Of a stretch of DNA of 64,000 nt, positions 24,575 to 37,690 are shown piece by piece. Made by a program: the position numbers and the translations under genes. Source of the DNA: Leucoraja ocellata (taxonomy: Eukaryota); NCBI GenBank assembly GCA_036785375.1, contig JAWMAR010000063.1, positions 4,340,001-4,404,000 on the forward strand, read 5' to 3'. The notes beneath the pieces were generated by a model. It was given only the letters and a program-made list of their open reading frames with translations. It did no database searches and was not told where the DNA came from. Position 1 is the first letter of the stretch, and each line of letters opens with the position of its first letter.

Positions 24575-24662
24575 AGAAGGATTTCGACCCAAGACGTTGC
24601 CTATTTCCTTCGCTCCATAGATGCTGCCTCACCCGCTGAGTTTCTCCAGAAGTTTTGTCTGC
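24575..24662 (+). mobile_element. Short PLE insertion with 14-bp TSD
   Basis: CAGGGATAAAATGA at 24561-24574 and 24663-24676. The insert begins inside the (C)TGAAGA hammerhead core. Confidence 0.85.
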
Positions 24663-24967
24663 CAGGGATAAAATGAGACGGCTCTTGAGGATATTTAAAG
24701 CTAAAACGACAGGCACATTTTTGATTTAATTTGTAGCAGGTGATTAATTTACAAAGTAAAAAAATAATGTCAAATGAATAAAACTTTTCTTTGTTCTTAG
24801 AGATTTTGGGAAAAGAAGGCAAATTATTTTTCTTTCTAGGGGGAAAGTCAATGTTATTATTTGAATATTTTAACTTAAGGATGCACCTAGCACCTTGCAA
24901 TCCAGAATCTGTGACCAAGGGAACTTTGTATAAACACCATTATTTCCAAATGAACCACCTTACCATA

Positions 24968-25045
24968 CAGTCTGAAGAAGGGTCTTGACCTGAAACGCCA
25001 CCTATTCCTTTTCTCCAGAGATGCCGCCTGACCTGCTGACTTATT
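24968..25045 (+). mobile_element. Short PLE fragment with hammerhead core
   Basis: CAGTCTGAAGAAGGGTCTTGACCTGAAACGCCACCTATTCC... Confidence 0.78.
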
Positions 25046-28000
25046 CCAGCTTTTTGCCTCTACCTTAGACTTAATGGGTAGGTGAACAAAATGCAAATTG
25101 GAGTACTTTCAGCGAACACAAACAATTGCTAAAGTTTGTAAAAAATGTGATCTTTAACCCTATGGAATTTTCATTTTCAAATGTGAGATTACAAAACTGC
25201 TCTTTGAAATGGTCCCTGAAAAAGGTCATCTTCATTTGTTTTATCAACTTGCGGACTCCTTTAATGGGTCTAATTTAAATGAATTTCTTTCAAAAACCTT
25301 TGCATTTTTTTTAAAGCGACTGTAGGACTAAAGTGTTAGATTAGAAGCAGGCAAGATTTAAGTAAATCCACAGCCGGACATCTGTTTGCCACCCACTGAG
25401 AATAATGATTCTGGACTGGTATAGTGGCAATGCAGGTTCATTGAACATTAACATGTGTATGATTTCTCAACAACCAGAACTAACTTTCTCGTCAATTCCC
25501 TCTGCAGATTTTCTTGTTGTACTTTCCTCTTTCATCTAAGGTTCAGATCACCACTTTGATTCCAAATCAATGGAACTTATTTCACAAAGATTGTATATGC
25601 TTTATTCAAATTTTAGCTGCGTCAAGTTAGTAACAAAAACTATGTTTTCCATTTCCAATTTAGGAAGTGTTTCTAAGCCAAATCCTCATTTGATATTTAT
25701 TTTGATTGAGACTACAACAGTCACCAAAGAACCAGGCAGAAAGAAAGGGCAGCTAAGCAAGGATTCCTTTGAAGCAACATTAACAAATTGTTCAATAGAA
25801 GTTTCAATATAAGGTTGTAACACAAATGTTCGCTGTGCATCACAAATTTTGCTTCCCCTCCACTTCCAAAATGAACACTGATGTTCAAAATGTTCATCTC
25901 ACGGTAATTATCATTACGATATTAACACGTCTTTTTATAGTTAATATTAAGATCAATGTCTCTAATCCACTGAATGAACAACCTATTGATAAAGAATGTT
26001 TTTCAAAGTTTTATATTTATGGAAACTGCACATTACATAGAGCAACCCCACAAATATGGGACTAATTTCTTATGTTGTCGTTGGCTAGATCTGCAGAACT
26101 TATGTGAAGGAAAACCCATTGATGGCTTTGCACAACACTTCAGTTATTTCCAAGGCTCTTTAAAATGTTAGTCAGAGGATGAAGCCTCAGAGATACCACT
26201 TGGGAATATTTTGTATTTTGCTATATTATTTTCATTTATGTTTTTTTGTGAATAGGAGCAAAATGTTTGCACAAAAGATATTTCATTGTTTATTCAGGAG
26301 GGATTTAATAGATTTAGTTGATAAATTCTCAAACAATTTTTCAGTAATTTTTATATAATGTTATCATGTGGACACTAGCTGTCATTTCAGGAAAGTTGCT
26401 TTTTACTTTATTCTAAATATGTTCCAAAATATATTCTCTTTATGTACAGCATGTCTTTACTAATATATCCCATGACTTTATGCTGCACGTAATGGGAATT
26501 TTTGCTGTTACAGTCACTGTAAACTGCATGAGTGTGACTTGTACCTTGGTTAGTTCGTACTTTTTGCTGCAAGCTGTTTCCACAGGTGCTGCTGTGGGAC
26601 AAAAAACAATGAGATGATCAATCGTGTAATATTTCAGCCTGGCCCCAGCCTCCCACTTTTCTGACTGTCTGCCTCGCCTCTCAATAAGCACATCTATAAT
26701 CGCTCAGTTCTGGATGGCAGGATTTTGATTGGCATTTTCTCGGTGCACAGTGGGAGGTTTAATCATTCTGGATTCTACTTTTCCAGCTCTGAAGGCTGAA
26801 TTAAAGCCTAGTATTAGCACTGAGAGAAAGAGCGATGAGCACATAATGATAATGGCTGTAGGGGAGGAGAGGGATGAAAGAGATTTAAACCTAACTGTTG
26901 GTGGCCATTTTTGGAGAGGTCTCCCTTAGAGTGGGGCCATTGTGAGCAGCAGTGCATTGTCTCATCGTGTGTCCAAACCAAAATCATTTAAACCATTTTC
27001 CCAGCAACATTGATAAACAACATGGCGATGAAGGATTCTTTTAATCATAAATTTTGAGTTGTTTGTAGGTTGAACAATTATGGCAATTAATAGATCTGCT
27101 GGGGTTGTGTTCATAAAAAATACAGCCTCATCAGGCCTATTATTGGAAAATATCAGTCTTGGAGGAATTTCAAACATCAAATAATGCCAATCTTTATTAG
27201 CTATCAAAATGATAAAGTAAGTAGGATTAACTAAGAGGGACAACAGAATAAGTGAGTAAGTGAGTGTGCTTTAGCTTTGGAAATAAGCATCTCACTGGGG
27301 TATTGTACGCAGAGCTATAGGCCACAGAAATGGGTGGATAAAATAAATATTTTATTTTAGAATAATAAAATAAAAACAAAATATTTTTTTAAATGCTCAT
27401 TAGCAGCAAGGCGAGAGTGCGGTGTATGTGGGTCGGTCCAATTCACGTTACACTACAAAGAGTGAACAGTTTCTGGACTTTGAAGAACGAGGCTTGGATG
27501 CCTGAGGTGATCAAGCAGCTGAATGGGCTGCCAGAGGGGGTGGGCATCCATAATACTGGATTTACTTAATGAACTGGAAGGGTCTACTACATCCAAGATT
27601 AAGTACTCATATTTTTCATATTATTACAGAGGAAGCTAATTAAACTGGGGAGCAATATTTTTAAACCGTTCTTCTTTCCAGTTGCTAGTTAAAAAAGGAA
27701 GTGAATAAAAATGAGTCCGATATGTTTCACAAACTGAAGCCTGGAGGTAATGGCTCAGATTTTGCAGTGGGGATTTTGGTGAGGCCATCTGCAATCGCTG
27801 TTATGTGGTAAATCAAAGATCAACTTGGAGAATCAGCTTGTGGTCAGTCAGGAGTAGAAACCTGGAAGTTGCCCTTCACTATGTTCAAACCACGGTGAGA
27901 AGTGTGGCCCCAAGTACAGGCATGCATGAAGTTGTGGCACTTACTGAATAGTTACCCACTAAATATGTCAGAACAATTTAGTACTGGTGCATACAGATAT

Positions 28001-28338
28001 AAGTATTTTTTTTAATGGTTTGTTAATTACTGCCAAATAATCTCAGTGGTACAGTAAGGTTGATTTATAAGCAAGAAGATTCAATCCATGATGTAATTAT
28101 TGTGGGAGATTTAAAACATACACATTAAAGAACTTTGTTTTACTTTGCAGTATTTCAGCTTCCTTTCCACCTAGTTATTCTTATTTCTGTGCATGATTTT
28201 ATGTTGTGTCAAATATTTTACTTTACATTTCCTGGTTCAGAGTCTGGATTGTATAAATTGTCTCTGCATCACATGCACTAAATGCACAAGTCAATGTTGT
28301 TGTATTGCATATTGCTCCTGAAGTTTGGTTCTATTAAT

Positions 28339-28476
28339 GGCAATATAACTGAATTTTGGAATCAAAATACAAAGCACATGCAATATTATTTAATATATTC
28401 TGTTCCATTTAAGGCAATGTAACTGAATTTTGGAATCAAAACACAAAGCACATCCAATATTATTCTGTGCATTTAA
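28339..28476. repeat. Imperfect ~74-bp tandem duplication
   Basis: GGCAAT(A/G)TAACTGAATTTTGGAATCAAAA(T/C)ACAAAGCACAT(G/C)CAATATTATT starts at 28339 and again at 28413. Confidence 0.9.
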
Positions 28477-29483
28477 CATCAAAGAACCCTTGTGACCTTC
28501 AGTGGGTATTCATCAACCTGATTAGTTGATGGACTCACTGTTGGATGGTTCCAATTGTATATAGGTAGATGACAAATACCTTGTGTAGAAATCAGTAGTA
28601 TGAACCATCTCAACCAAAAACCCAGAGAAATCTGTGAGCAATATATGTGCTTAATCATTCTAAAATTTGTGTCGGTGTGTTACATGACTTATTGCTGAAC
28701 CATTTTATTTGTTCAGGTTTCGGGCATGGGAGTCCAGGATTACGCAGTTCCTCACTTAATGACTCATCTTAGGACATGAAATGACCATGTTTCACGTATC
28801 TATTTTGTTCCACAAATTCAGTTATACAACATCTATTTCTTGCTCATACTATTGTCGTTTGCCATTATTAAACATCTGATGTCTACTCAAATATCTACAA
28901 TTTTCTATTTTTCATTCCACCTTAAATGATGCATGCACTTACTCCTAATCACCGTAGCAATGTTACTGTGTGTTATGTATTGCCTCTCTGCATTAAATGG
29001 TACATTCACCTAGCTGTAATTTATTGAGATTATTAGAAATACTTATGGTGTAGATTTTTTAGGTGCCCGGTATATTAACGTTTTTGTTGCCAACCTTTTC
29101 CTGTCTAGCGAATATTTTGCCTTTTATTGGTTTCCATTTTCCCTCAGTAATTTCTCTCATGAGTACCATTGGTTATTTATGATCCTGAAAAGTTAGTATG
29201 GTTGGATTAAATCCATGAGGTTGAACACAGCCAAGTTCATTTCTATTCTCACACGATGCTTAGTCATATGCACTTCCCATATTGTGCCACTGGATAGGAA
29301 TGCCGTCTGGATCACATGCTGCCAGCTCATTCTTATGCTCCTTCTATTACTTGGACTAAGCAGTTAACAGCACTGATTGGGAATTAAGTCCCAGGGTATT
29401 CTCGAAGCAGACATGGGACTCTTAAGGGAACCAGTCCTTTAGCAGCTTTAACTATAACTACTGTCATTCATCAGATGCTCCCA

Positions 29484-30200
29484 CGGTTTCTTTATCATCA
29501 TGTGTACCAGATACAGTGAAATACATTTTTTGCATACGGATCAGCAGGACTATCCCCGTACATAAACACAATCGCCTCAGGTTAGTACAGAATGTACAGA
29601 ACAGCCCACCGAGTCCATATGCAAGAGGCACTATTTTGGCGCCATTTTCAGTCCCAGCTACAGCTGGCCACAAAGACCTGTTGCAGCCGTCACCTCCATT
29701 TTGGTCATCTCGCGAACTGGTGTCCCTCTCCATGCCTGGCCCTCTTCAGCCCTTGATCCCTGAGGGGAGGGGAGGATGCCTCCCACAGCCGACCTTGAGG
29801 ACGTGGAAGGTCCGACGGCATCCCCCGGTTCTGTCAACGGGCCCTTTGTCCAGCATCTGCCTCTCTCGCTGTCTCTTTCCACCCATTCTCCGATTCCTGA
29901 TCCACGGGGCGAGCAGGGGCCGGGCTCGGTGGCCTTTCCCCTCCGAGAGGGCAGGGCCTACAGTTGGAATATAGCTGTGGGTCGGTGGGCCACTGAGCCG
30001 AGCTCCAGGCTGCTGCAGGGCCTCCAGCAGCCCTCTCCCCCATTGAGTCCCTGCACTCTCTCCCGCCGGCCATCCACCTACCGGCCCTCGTTCTTACTCC
30101 CTTCCTCACCGGTCCAGGGATGTGCAGAAGCCGGGCTCGACAACAAACTCTCCAGGCTGGTTCTCGTTACTGCGGTAGTAGGCTAGGCCTGCACTCGGGC
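29484..30200 (-). mobile_element. GC-rich non-coding retroelement with Rex1-like 3' tail
   Basis: An isolated GC-rich block whose minus strand ends ATTTCACTGTATCTGGTACACATGATGATAAAG, similar to the Rex1 tail at ~50620-50655. Confidence 0.5.
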
Positions 30201-30707
30201 ACAGAGCCTTTTATTTCTTGTCATTCACCTACTTCATTTCTAAACTTTTATTCTCACCCTCTTTATTCACAACAAAATGCTAACTATTGCAATAATTATG
30301 AAACCAATGGTCAGATTTTGTATATTTTGTGGGTGGATGCCAAGGATTCTAAACTATTAGCGATCAACCATTTGGAAGTTATGTAAATCCAACGCCTCTG
30401 TCTGTGCACTGTGAAATGTGGAAACTGGGACCTTGTCAAATGTAATCATTTTTAATATTTTATGATTACCACCAACAATTTCAATTTTGTTCATGTCTTT
30501 AAATGTTAGAGACATTTAAACACTATTAAAATCAATTATATCTTTTATAGCCATCAAAGCCCCACTGCCTGCTGTTGGAGGCTGCCAGGTACATTCAGGG
30601 ATAGATCCTCCTTGCCGTTTTATCCCAATTGAGGCCAGACTGCTGGATTCCAGGAACTGAGGGCCCTTCACATCTGGACAAGGTAGGTACAGATGAGGAG
30701 GTACAGT

Positions 30708-30760
30708 AGATGTTGCCTGGCTGTCCCGCAATATTGCTCCAGCATTTGTGTCTGTCTTTC
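30708..30760 (+). mobile_element. 53-bp PLE tail insertion with 12-bp TSD
   Basis: AGGAGGTACAGT at 30696-30707 and 30761-30772 flanks AGATGTTGCCTGG...CTCCAGCATTTGTGTCTGTC. Confidence 0.75.
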
Positions 30761-30859
30761 AGGAGGTACAGTGACTGGGCCAGCACAATCTGGCCCATTG
30801 AATATGAACTAATTCTACAGGACACAGTAGTAACAGTGGGCTGAGGCTGCAACGCAGGA

Positions 30860-31196
30860 GGACATGGATAGGTCATGTTTCAGGTCAGACTGATTCAGAC
30901 TTATTATGGAAGGGGGGAGCTGGGAGAGAGGAGAAGCAGACAAAGCACGGCAGGTAACAGGGTGGGCAGACACAGGTGAGGGGGCATTAAATATCCAGAT
31001 GGATGGAACAAAAGCCAGAGATTAAAGCAGACAGTGTGAGACAGAACAACTAAAGAGTCGCAAATTGTGAAGGCCCCCTACCCGCTCTTTTCTCCCCCCT
31101 CCCCTGTGCCCCACCTGGACTCACACCTATTTCTCACCTCCTCCCCCTCATTCCACATTCATTCCTCTGGCTTCAGAATTTGCGACTCTTCAATCC
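30860..31196. mobile_element. Decayed inverted PLE 3' UTR segments
   Basis: A purine-rich half followed by a pyrimidine-rich half. AAGAGTCGCAAATTGTGAAG is inverted against CTTCAGAATTTGCGACTCTT. Confidence 0.5.
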
Positions 31197-31384
31197 TTTA
31201 TTTGTTGAAATATATTGAATATTGAGAAGTTGCAGAATTTTGCAGCAGATTCAGACCAAGTCCGCAAACTTGCATGATCAGGGATTAAAATGCAAATACT
31301 CTTTTAATGATATGTTAAGTGTTAATGGTTGTCAATCAACAGACCTGGAATCAAAACATGACTATTATAAATTCTTAGGCCCCC

Positions 31385-31772
31385 TTTATTCATGGCTGAC
31401 CATGGGTGTCTCCAGGGTTGGACGCCAGTGCGTGACTTTGTTTAACGTGGGGAGACTGCTGCACAGACAGCCAACATGCGGTCCTTGACAGATCTGGGTC
31501 AGGATCCAGTGGCATGGAGTCCAAGACGACCGGCGACCCTTTTCGGCTGCAGCCTTCATCCACCAACCCAGCCGTTGTGACGCTACACTAAGGTTAGCCA
31601 TCATCCTCCGCCTGTTCCACCGTTGAGGTAGTTTGGATTGCTCTTTATCAAAGTCCTCCCCTTCGACCTTTACCATCATGGGTGGCCCTACCAGGAGTAT
31701 AGCTCCAGACGGCATCGCTCTCAGGATCTCAGGACCACACGAGCTTCTCCACCACGACAAGGTGACAATCCA
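31385..31772 (-). mobile_element. RTE-derived ~390-bp non-coding element with HDV-like ribozyme fold (copy B)
   Basis: Colinear over its full length with 46167-46560. The 5' part GGATTGTCACCTTGTCGTGGTGGAGAAGC resembles BovB/Rex3 (RTE clade) 5' ends as recalled. Confidence 0.75.
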
Positions 31773-33785
31773 CAATCCATAATTGTAAACATTCCAAATT
31801 TCAGATGTTCATATTTCATTCCTAGTTCTCAACCCCATCCAGTCTTTCTCTCTGTTTATTTCCCTATCTATCTGATATGACTTTCAATTGACTTACTTCA
31901 AGCTCCTTAAAGCTCTCACTGTTTATTTCTGTCTCTCCAAATCGCTCCCCAGTTGTTTGTCTTATTTCCGCAGACGCACTGCCCTGTTCACTTGCAGCGC
32001 CACTATCAGTTTATACTTTCAGCAATCTCACAGATTATGTAATGTGGGCAAGTCTAATTTTCAGCAAAGATCTGCATAACTGTTTGATCTAACAATTGAT
32101 ATGCTGATGGAACCAGAGATTATAGACTGTGAGGTGAAACATAGAAAGCATGAACACCGGCTGAATGTGCCCATAAAGCCCATGCAATTCTGCACTTCCA
32201 TCTGTGGCTTTACCCTCTCCTTTATATTGATAAGTCCTCCAAATAGGTTCTCCATGTTCATTCACAACTTTAATAAAATGCCCCTTCTGACCTGTTAACC
32301 TCTGTGTTTCTTAGACACTGGCTGCATCTCTTTGCATTCCAATTTTTACCACTTAAAATTTACAAGCCTCTTTTCATTTGTTTTAATGGAGTTTGTCTGT
32401 AGTTCATACAGGCATCTGTGCATTTCCACTGTGTATCTAGCATCAATTTGTGGTGTAGATTATATTTGCCCTGTCTGCCAAATGCATAATAATTCCACTG
32501 CGAAGAAACAATCAGCCTACTGTATATACAGGCAACCATGTCTAAGCAAAAATTATTCCAACGGGTTCTATATGTTAAATGTTACATGTCTAAAGGAAAT
32601 GTAAACACATTATTTTAATATAATGATTTTCACATTGTGAGTGACAGTATTACATAAATTTGCAAGGCTTTCAACACAATTAATCTGATGATGTTAAAAG
32701 CCTTTTAGTTAAAAGCCTAAGTGGTGTAAGGCATAGTTTATTTTAATAAAGCATGCATAATTAAGCACATCACCATATACTATTCAAAGTATAAATTATT
32801 ATGTACAAATACATAACTAAATCACATGCTTTATACCAAAATGGCACAGTCAGTGTGAACCTCACCATAGAATAAGGTCTTCTTTGTGAATAGTTCATTA
32901 AGAGAGCACACATGTACACGAGTGGACATATTGAAGTTAATGGCATGTGTTATACACTTATAAGCTGGTAAATCTCGGGCATCACAGAGTGAAATATCTT
33001 TTTTTTTCCATTGACGAAATGGTTGTACATTTGGACGCGTGCATACTCACTGTTAATTCTTGTTTATGGTCTGCAGAGTTCGAACATTTAAAAGGGAAAG
33101 ATAATGAATGAGCAGAGAAATGAGTCTGAAGTAATAGTCTTGTTGAAAAGCTGGTACTGAGACAGGAAACATAAGTTGTATGACCTTCTTGTGTAATTTT
33201 GATGCCTGTTGTACCCAACTACTAATGTTTTTTTTTTAATCAATTAATATTGCAGTCATGGACAGTGCTAAGAATTATTCCAGGTCTGGCAAACTACCAT
33301 TTTCAGTGCAATTACACAAACACCTAATCCATTCCTTTCTATTCTTCTGTCTATGTTTAATGGAGGTTTAACCCAGAAATATTGAATGGATGGGTAAAGA
33401 GTGCAGGTATTCATGGAGTAACATTACAATTGTAATTCCCATGTGTATATTCCTTGATAAACTGGCAAATTCAATGCACATTTCAAATTTTGATCCAATT
33501 TTGCCAATGGCTTATATGGCAAACATGTAAAAATATTTACTTTCTCCTCATTTAAAATTAATGACCCATGAATATGATGCAAGTTAATTTGCTCTTTGAT
33601 TTTCTCATTTTTACACTGGATAATTCTCAATAGCCTGACATGCACAAAATAGGATTCACCTACTACTTCTGTACTTGCTAAACTACACGGCCAAGAAAGG
33701 CTTGACTTTAAAATTCTCCTTATTGCATTCAAATCTTCCCTTTGCCCCTTCCCACTTCCGCGGGCTCTTCTGGTTCAACATTAAA

Positions 33786-33975
33786 AACATAGAAACATAG
33801 AAAATAGGTGCAGGAGTAGGCCAATCGGCCCTTCGAGCCAGCACCGCCATTCAATGTGATCATGGCTGATCATCCAACACAGAGCCTTCTCTCCATACCC
33901 CCTGATCCCTTTAGCCACAAGATCCACATCTAATAGAAACATAGAAAGTAGGTGCAGGAGTAGGCCATTCGGCCC
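33786..33975 (-). mobile_element. Two stacked CR1/HER1 3' tails, (ACATAGAA)n subfamily
   Basis: ACATAGAAACATAGAAAATAGGTGCAGGAGTAGGCCA.TCGGCCC occurs twice. Same tail as at 37538, 43856, 50757 and 53385. Confidence 0.8.
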
Positions 33976-33994
33976 TATCTCAACCTATTGCCCA

Positions 33995-34255
33995 GGATCT
34001 CAATGCTCTTCCAAATCTGGCTTCTTGCACATACCTGATCTCTATTGTTCCACCTTTGGTTGAAATGCCCATACCTGGAGCTCCGTAGTTTCTTCCTTAA
34101 ACCTTTCCAACTAGCTCTATCTCCTTCTTTAAAGCATTGACAAAGTGTTAGGTCAATGTTGCGGTGTGCTGGTCTAATCTTGACTGATAATGTCGCTGTG
34201 GAGTGCTTTGGGATCTTTTACAATGTAATAGCTATAAAAATTATATGTCTGTTGG
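33995..34255 (+). mobile_element. Degenerate L2 3' region
   Basis: TTCCTTAAACCTTTCC...TCTCCTTCTTTAAAG...CTGTGGAGTGCTTTGGGATCTTTTACAATGTAATAGCTATA. Confidence 0.45.
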
Positions 34256-35707
34256 AAAGTAATCTTTCATTCTAAATATTCCTCAAAGCAGCTTTGTATG
34301 TGCATAGCACTGGCATAATTCCTAATTTAAGATTTTATGGAGTACTCTAGGACACAATGCAATAGTTTTTGTTTAATTATAAATGTTTTGGAGTTTCCTC
34401 TTGGATTTTATGAATGACTAACATTTTTTTTCACTCAAGCCTAAAGGTCCCTTGCAGCTTTCTGCAGCTGAGGTGGATCTTCAGCCTAAAGCTCGAGGCT
34501 CATAGGCACAGAGCAGTAACGTTTTCTCACAACATTTTCAGTGACGCATGGCACCCCCTGAACATGCTAAACCCAGACATAGTCAGTGATAGATTTCAGG
34601 CAAACCAATTCTGGATGTTTTCAAATGCGAATTATTTGAGGGAGACGGACTAAAAGGGGCGTTAGAGATTGTGCAAGTGAATGAACGAAACAAGAGAGCT
34701 ATTGCCCTGAAGAATATTTGCTTCCATGTATCTTTATTATGAACTTCTAAATAATGATGATGGTTTCATTCTGATTTTCAGGGCACAAAATGCAAGGAGA
34801 GTCACCTGAGCAATATTTTATTTGAACCACTCTCTTCAATTCCCCTTTCATGGTTTGCTGTACTCAGACCTCTTAAATAGCCTTCGTTCCTACAACACAA
34901 ATACCTTTACGATACGATTTGATACAATAAAACTTTATTCGTTCATCCCCAGAGGGAAATTGGTCTGCCGACAGTCACAACACTCAAGGTCCACAGTAAA
35001 CTTGAAATTAAAAGTAGAAACAAAAATAAAAAGGCAAACAACTGCTGGTTGGCATCCAACAGACTTCAGGTCTAATGGACCTTCCCTCAGTGGCCAGCAG
35101 CCAGTCAATCTGATGAGCAACCACTCACAGTAAAATATACTCACAGGCAGCATCACATGGAATATAAAGGACACATATTTAATTAAAACCCTCAAAGAAT
35201 AATACCGGGTGCCACATATACATCTGAACATTCACATCTAATTAAGTGACATAATATACATAATTTGCATGATAAATGTCATAATGTACATTACTCAAAG
35301 TTGTTGTTGATTTAGTGACAAATATTTTGTGAAATGATAATCATGATTCAGCACACCATTTAAAATATACTTAGATCACACGCAACAAAGATTTCCAGCA
35401 CAGCTACTGGTATTAGTTCTGAATTTTCTTAAGATTGTTGACGATTTGTGAGAAGGAAGGCTGAATTACTTTCAAATTGTGGATATTTCCATGTTGAGTG
35501 GTACATGAGTTGAAATGGTGTTTCATCACTGAGCGATAGCTTTGTTTCATTTACAGAAAAATACAACCCCATTGCTGGCCAGCCTATTGACAATCAACAC
35601 CTTGCACAGGGAGGCACTGAATGATTGCTATCAACTCTTGTCATTATAGCCCACCCATTATAATGTGAATTAGAATTATTTTAGTGACTTCAAACTGATT
35701 AAATGAG

Positions 35708-36018
35708 TGGCACGGTTTCACAGCGGTAGAGTTGTTGCCTTACGCCGCCAGGGACGCGGGTTTGATCCTGACTCCTGTTGCTAACTGTATGGAGTTTGTA
35801 CGTTCTCCCCATGACTGAGTGGGTTTTCTCCGGGTGCACCAGTTTCTTCCCACATTCCAAAGACGTACAGGTTTGTGGTTAATTGGCTTCTGTAAAAATT
35901 ATAAATTGTCCCTAGGGTGTAGGATAGTGCTACTGTGTACAGGAATCACTGGTCGGCGCCGACATGGTGGGCCGAAGGGCCTGTTTATGCGCCGAATCTC
36001 TGAAACTAAAACTAAAAC
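35708..36018 (+). mobile_element. HE1-type V-SINE
   Basis: tRNA-like head (GGCACGG...GCGGTAGAG, GGGTTTGATCC), V-domain, and GGGCCGAAGGGCCTGTTT tail with AAACT repeats. Confidence 0.85.
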
Positions 36019-37007
36019 CTGCTTACCTGAATACCTGACTTTTGACTTGAATTACCTCTGCCACTTTTTTGGACTAATTCTGCTTTAATACACCACTTGT
36101 TTGACACGATTAACAGAAAGATGAAAACATGCAAGCCAGAAAGATATGGCTATTTAGAATTCATAAAGAAGGACAAGAAGATAGAATGGAAAATTCCTGG
36201 GTGAATATTTTGTGAAGACTCTGACACTGTTAAACATTAAACTGGCTGCAAAGTGACAGCAGCCACTTTGAAAATATACTTGCTCTGCAACTTCTCATGA
36301 ATGATGTGATGTAAATTTATGCATTGATTATTGTAATTAAGTGTAACATTTCATCCTTGTATGACTATGGTGTATTGTACTGTGACAACAGCAAACAATA
36401 AACTGATAGTTGATAAAGCATGATGTTTTTATACCGAGTGAAGTGATTTAAAGTAAATTTGTCAAATGAGACACTGTGATCATTTTCCTTTTCAAATGTC
36501 AGATCTCAAATGTAACTTTGTATGAGCTCAATGATCCAGATACAAAGAACAGCAAATTTGCTTTTTTATTTTCATAGTAAATGTATTAATTTTCATAAAT
36601 AAGCATGGATTTTTACTAGAATCCAATTAGAAAACCAAAACAGCAGACACAATCCTGACACGGTCTCACCAAAGTCCTAATTACATCAACAGTTTCACAC
36701 CAACTCTTTACAACAATGATTACTCATTGCATGCTATACATGAAGTTTTGAGTAAAATAACTAATTGAATCTCCTTAAAAAAAGTGCTTATTATTATCCG
36801 GTCTTTTAAAAGATATTCAACCTTTTTATTTTCCCTACCATAGTGGTAAGTTTCCCACATTTTTACAATCCATCAGTTATTAGGACAGTCAATTAACTGC
36901 AATATGAGGATCTTTCTGGTCCTTTACATCCTTCTCATCGGGCTTTGTATTCGCTAAATTTAGCTAAATTATTGAAACAAATTGAAGATTAGTAAGGTTT
37001 TAGTAAG

Positions 37008-37321
37008 GGGCGGAGCAGTGGAACAACAGTAAAGTTGCTGTCTTACAGCTCCAGAGACCCGGGTTCAATCCTATTAACGCATGCCGTCTGTACAGAGTTC
37101 TCCCCATGCCCGTGTGGGTTTCCCCCATGTGCTCTGGTTTCCTCCCACACTCCAAAGACGTACAGGTTTTGTAGGTTAATTGGCTTCAGTAAAAATTGTA
37201 AATTGTCCCTAGTGTGTAGGATGGCGTAAATGTACAGGGATCACTGGTTCACACAGATCTGGTGGATCGAAGGGCCTGTTTCTACACTGTATCTCTAAAC
37301 TAAACTAAACCTAAGCTAAAA
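37008..37321 (+). mobile_element. HE1-type V-SINE
   Basis: B-box GGTTCAATCC, V-domain, tail CGAAGGGCCTGTTTCTACACTGTATCTC(TAAAC)n. Confidence 0.85.
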
Positions 37322-37537
37322 AGGTCCAGGTAAGGTTCCTAATTGCCCACCACTATTCCGTAGATGATCTATTTATTGCTACAATCCATATCCATTTGGT
37401 AATGAATCCTTAATTCATGTTACTCTATCTTCTGCCGTTTTAATGTGATTTCTGTCAACAGATCATCACATCATATACAACATTTGCGACAGTTTTCTTA
37501 AAATATGTCAGGACGGGGTTTTCACGCCAAAATATTA

Positions 37538-37690
37538 ACATAGAAACAGAAACATAGAAAATAGGTGCAGGAGGAGGCCATTCGGCCCTTCGAGCCAGCA
37601 CCGCCATTCATTGTGATCATGGCTGATCTTCCCCTATCAATAACCCATGCCTGCCTTCTCCCCATATCCGTTGACTCCATTAGCCCCTAG
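37538..37690 (-). mobile_element. CR1/HER1 3' tail
   Basis: ACATAGAAAATAGGTGCAGGAGGAGGCCATTCGGCCCTTCGAGCCAGCACCGCCATTCA. Confidence 0.8.
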
